A stretch of 64,000 bases of DNA from Rhina ancylostomus (Eukaryota): positions 67,631,604 to 67,695,603 of the forward strand of contig JARFYF010000001.1 in NCBI GenBank assembly GCA_030265395.1, given 5' to 3'. Position numbers and translations under genes: made by a program. Every line of letters begins with the position of its first letter. Position 1 is the stretch's first letter. Under the pieces are notes generated by a model that saw nothing but the letters and a program-made list of their open reading frames with translations, searched no databases and was not told where the DNA came from. Of the stretch, positions 62,580 through 64,000 are shown piece by piece.

Positions 62580-64000
62580 TTGATCTAAAACCAGTGTATT
62601 ATGCCTAAACAAAGGAGACTACAATGAGATGTTGGCGAGCATGGACTAGGAACACAGGCTATATGGTGGGACAGTTGAGGAACAGTGGAAGACTTTCAAA
62701 TAGTTTTTCACGATACTCAACAAAAGTATACTCCAGTTAAAAGCAACGATAGTAAGGGTGGGGAAAGCCAGCCTTGGATAACTAAGGAAATAAAAGAAGG
62801 CATCAAGCTAAAAGTTCATGCATACAAAGTCGCCAAGAGTAGTGGGAAACTGCAAGATTGGGAAAACTTTAAAAAGCAACAAAAGAACCACTGAGCAAGC
62901 AATAAGGAAAGGGAAGATAGATTATGAAAGTAAACCAGCACAAAATATAAAAACAGATAGTACAAGTTTTTATAATTATAAAAAGTGGAAAAGGGTGGCT
63001 AAAGTGAACATAGGTCCCTAGGAAGATAAGAAGGGGTAATTAATATTGGGTAATGTGAAAATCGTCAAGGCCTTGAACGACTATTTTGTGTCAGTCTTCA
63101 TGGTGGAGGNNNNNNNNNNNNNNNNNNNNNNNNNNNNNNNNNNNNNNNNNNNNNNNNNNNNNNNNNNNNNNNNNNNNNNNNNNNNNNNNNNNNNNNNNNN
63201 NNNNNNNNNNNNNNNNNNNNNNNNNNNNNNNNNNNNNNNNNNNNNNNNNNNNNNNNNNNNNNNNNNNNNNNNNNNNNNNNNNNNNNNNNNNNNNNNNNNN
63301 NNNNNNNNNNNNNNNNNNNNNNNNNNNNNNNNNNNNNNNNNNNNNNNNNNNNNNNNNNNNNNNNNNNNNNNNNNNNNNNNNNNNNNNNNNNNNNNNNNNN
63401 NNNNNNNNNNNNNNNNNNNNNNNNNNNNNNNNNNNNNNNNNNNCATATCTAAGTTTGCTGATGACACTAAATTGAGTGGAAAAGCAAATTGCGCAGAGGA
63501 TGCGGAGAGTCTGCAGAGAGATATAGATAGGTTAAGTGAGTGGGCAAGGGTCTGGTAGATGGAGTACAATGTGGGTAAATGCAAGGTCATCCACTTTGGA
63601 AGGAAAAACAGAAGATCAGATTATTATTTAAATGGTGAAAGATTGCAGTGTGCTGTTGTGCAGAAGGACATGGGAATGCTTGTGCATGAATAACAGAAGG
63701 TTGGTTTGCAAGTGCAACAGGTTATCAAGAAGGCAAATGGAAAGTTGTCCTTCATTGCTAGACGGATTGAACTTAAGAGCAGAGAGGTTATGCTGCAACT
63801 GTACAGGGTCCTGGTGAGGCTACACCTGGAGTACTGTGTACAGTACTCAATCCTTACTTGAGGAAAGATATTGCTGACATTGGAGGTGGTGCAGGGGAGG
63901 TTCACCAGGTTGATTCCAGAGATGACAGGATTAGCCTATGAGGGGAAATCTTATGGAAACATAGAGAATTATGAAAGGGATCGACAAGATAGAGGAAGGA
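62580..64000 (+). mobile_element. Relatively young CR1 ORF2, spanning a gap and running off the window
   Basis: QPWITKEIKEGIKLK; LNDYFVSVF; ISKFADDTKLSGKANCAEDAESLQRDIDRLSEWA; LVRLHLEYCVQ. Confidence 0.93.

Overview
Repeat-dense vertebrate genomic DNA, almost certainly from a cartilaginous fish and probably a ray or relative. That call rests on HE1/V-SINE-like and Deu-domain SINEs, HER1/CR1 LINEs, and shark-type Penelope hairpins and Harbinger fossils. The draft assembly has 11 N-gaps, and most ORF-track entries are transposon remnants or chance ORFs. Main findings: (1) A minus-strand Gypsy element retains its 5' LTR (9362-9631), a tRNA-Trp PBS, gag, an intact GGGAAAC plus stem-loop -1 frameshift signal, protease and RT. 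Its partner LTR (4351-4637) shares the outer 4-bp flank GTAT. The visible sequence between the gap at 7066-7165 and that LTR is not RNase H or integrase; it carries two in-phase, splice-site-bounded, stop-free plus-strand exons (4683-4799, 6176-6352). This is a candidate host-gene fragment boxed inside an LTR element. (2) Short palindromic Penelope terminal-repeat insertions have 12-bp TSDs and minimal hammerhead-ribozyme-like cores, and one terminus is joined to a Penelope RT fragment. (3) RTE and CR1 copies show twin-priming-type 5' inversions. (4) There is a decayed Harbinger transposase, a solo LTR with a 5-bp TSD, a 32-bp fold-back hairpin and a 95-bp dispersed duplication. No gene could be named, and no rRNA, tRNA gene or CRISPR array was seen. 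Repeat boundaries were read by eye and are approximate unless a TSD is quoted.
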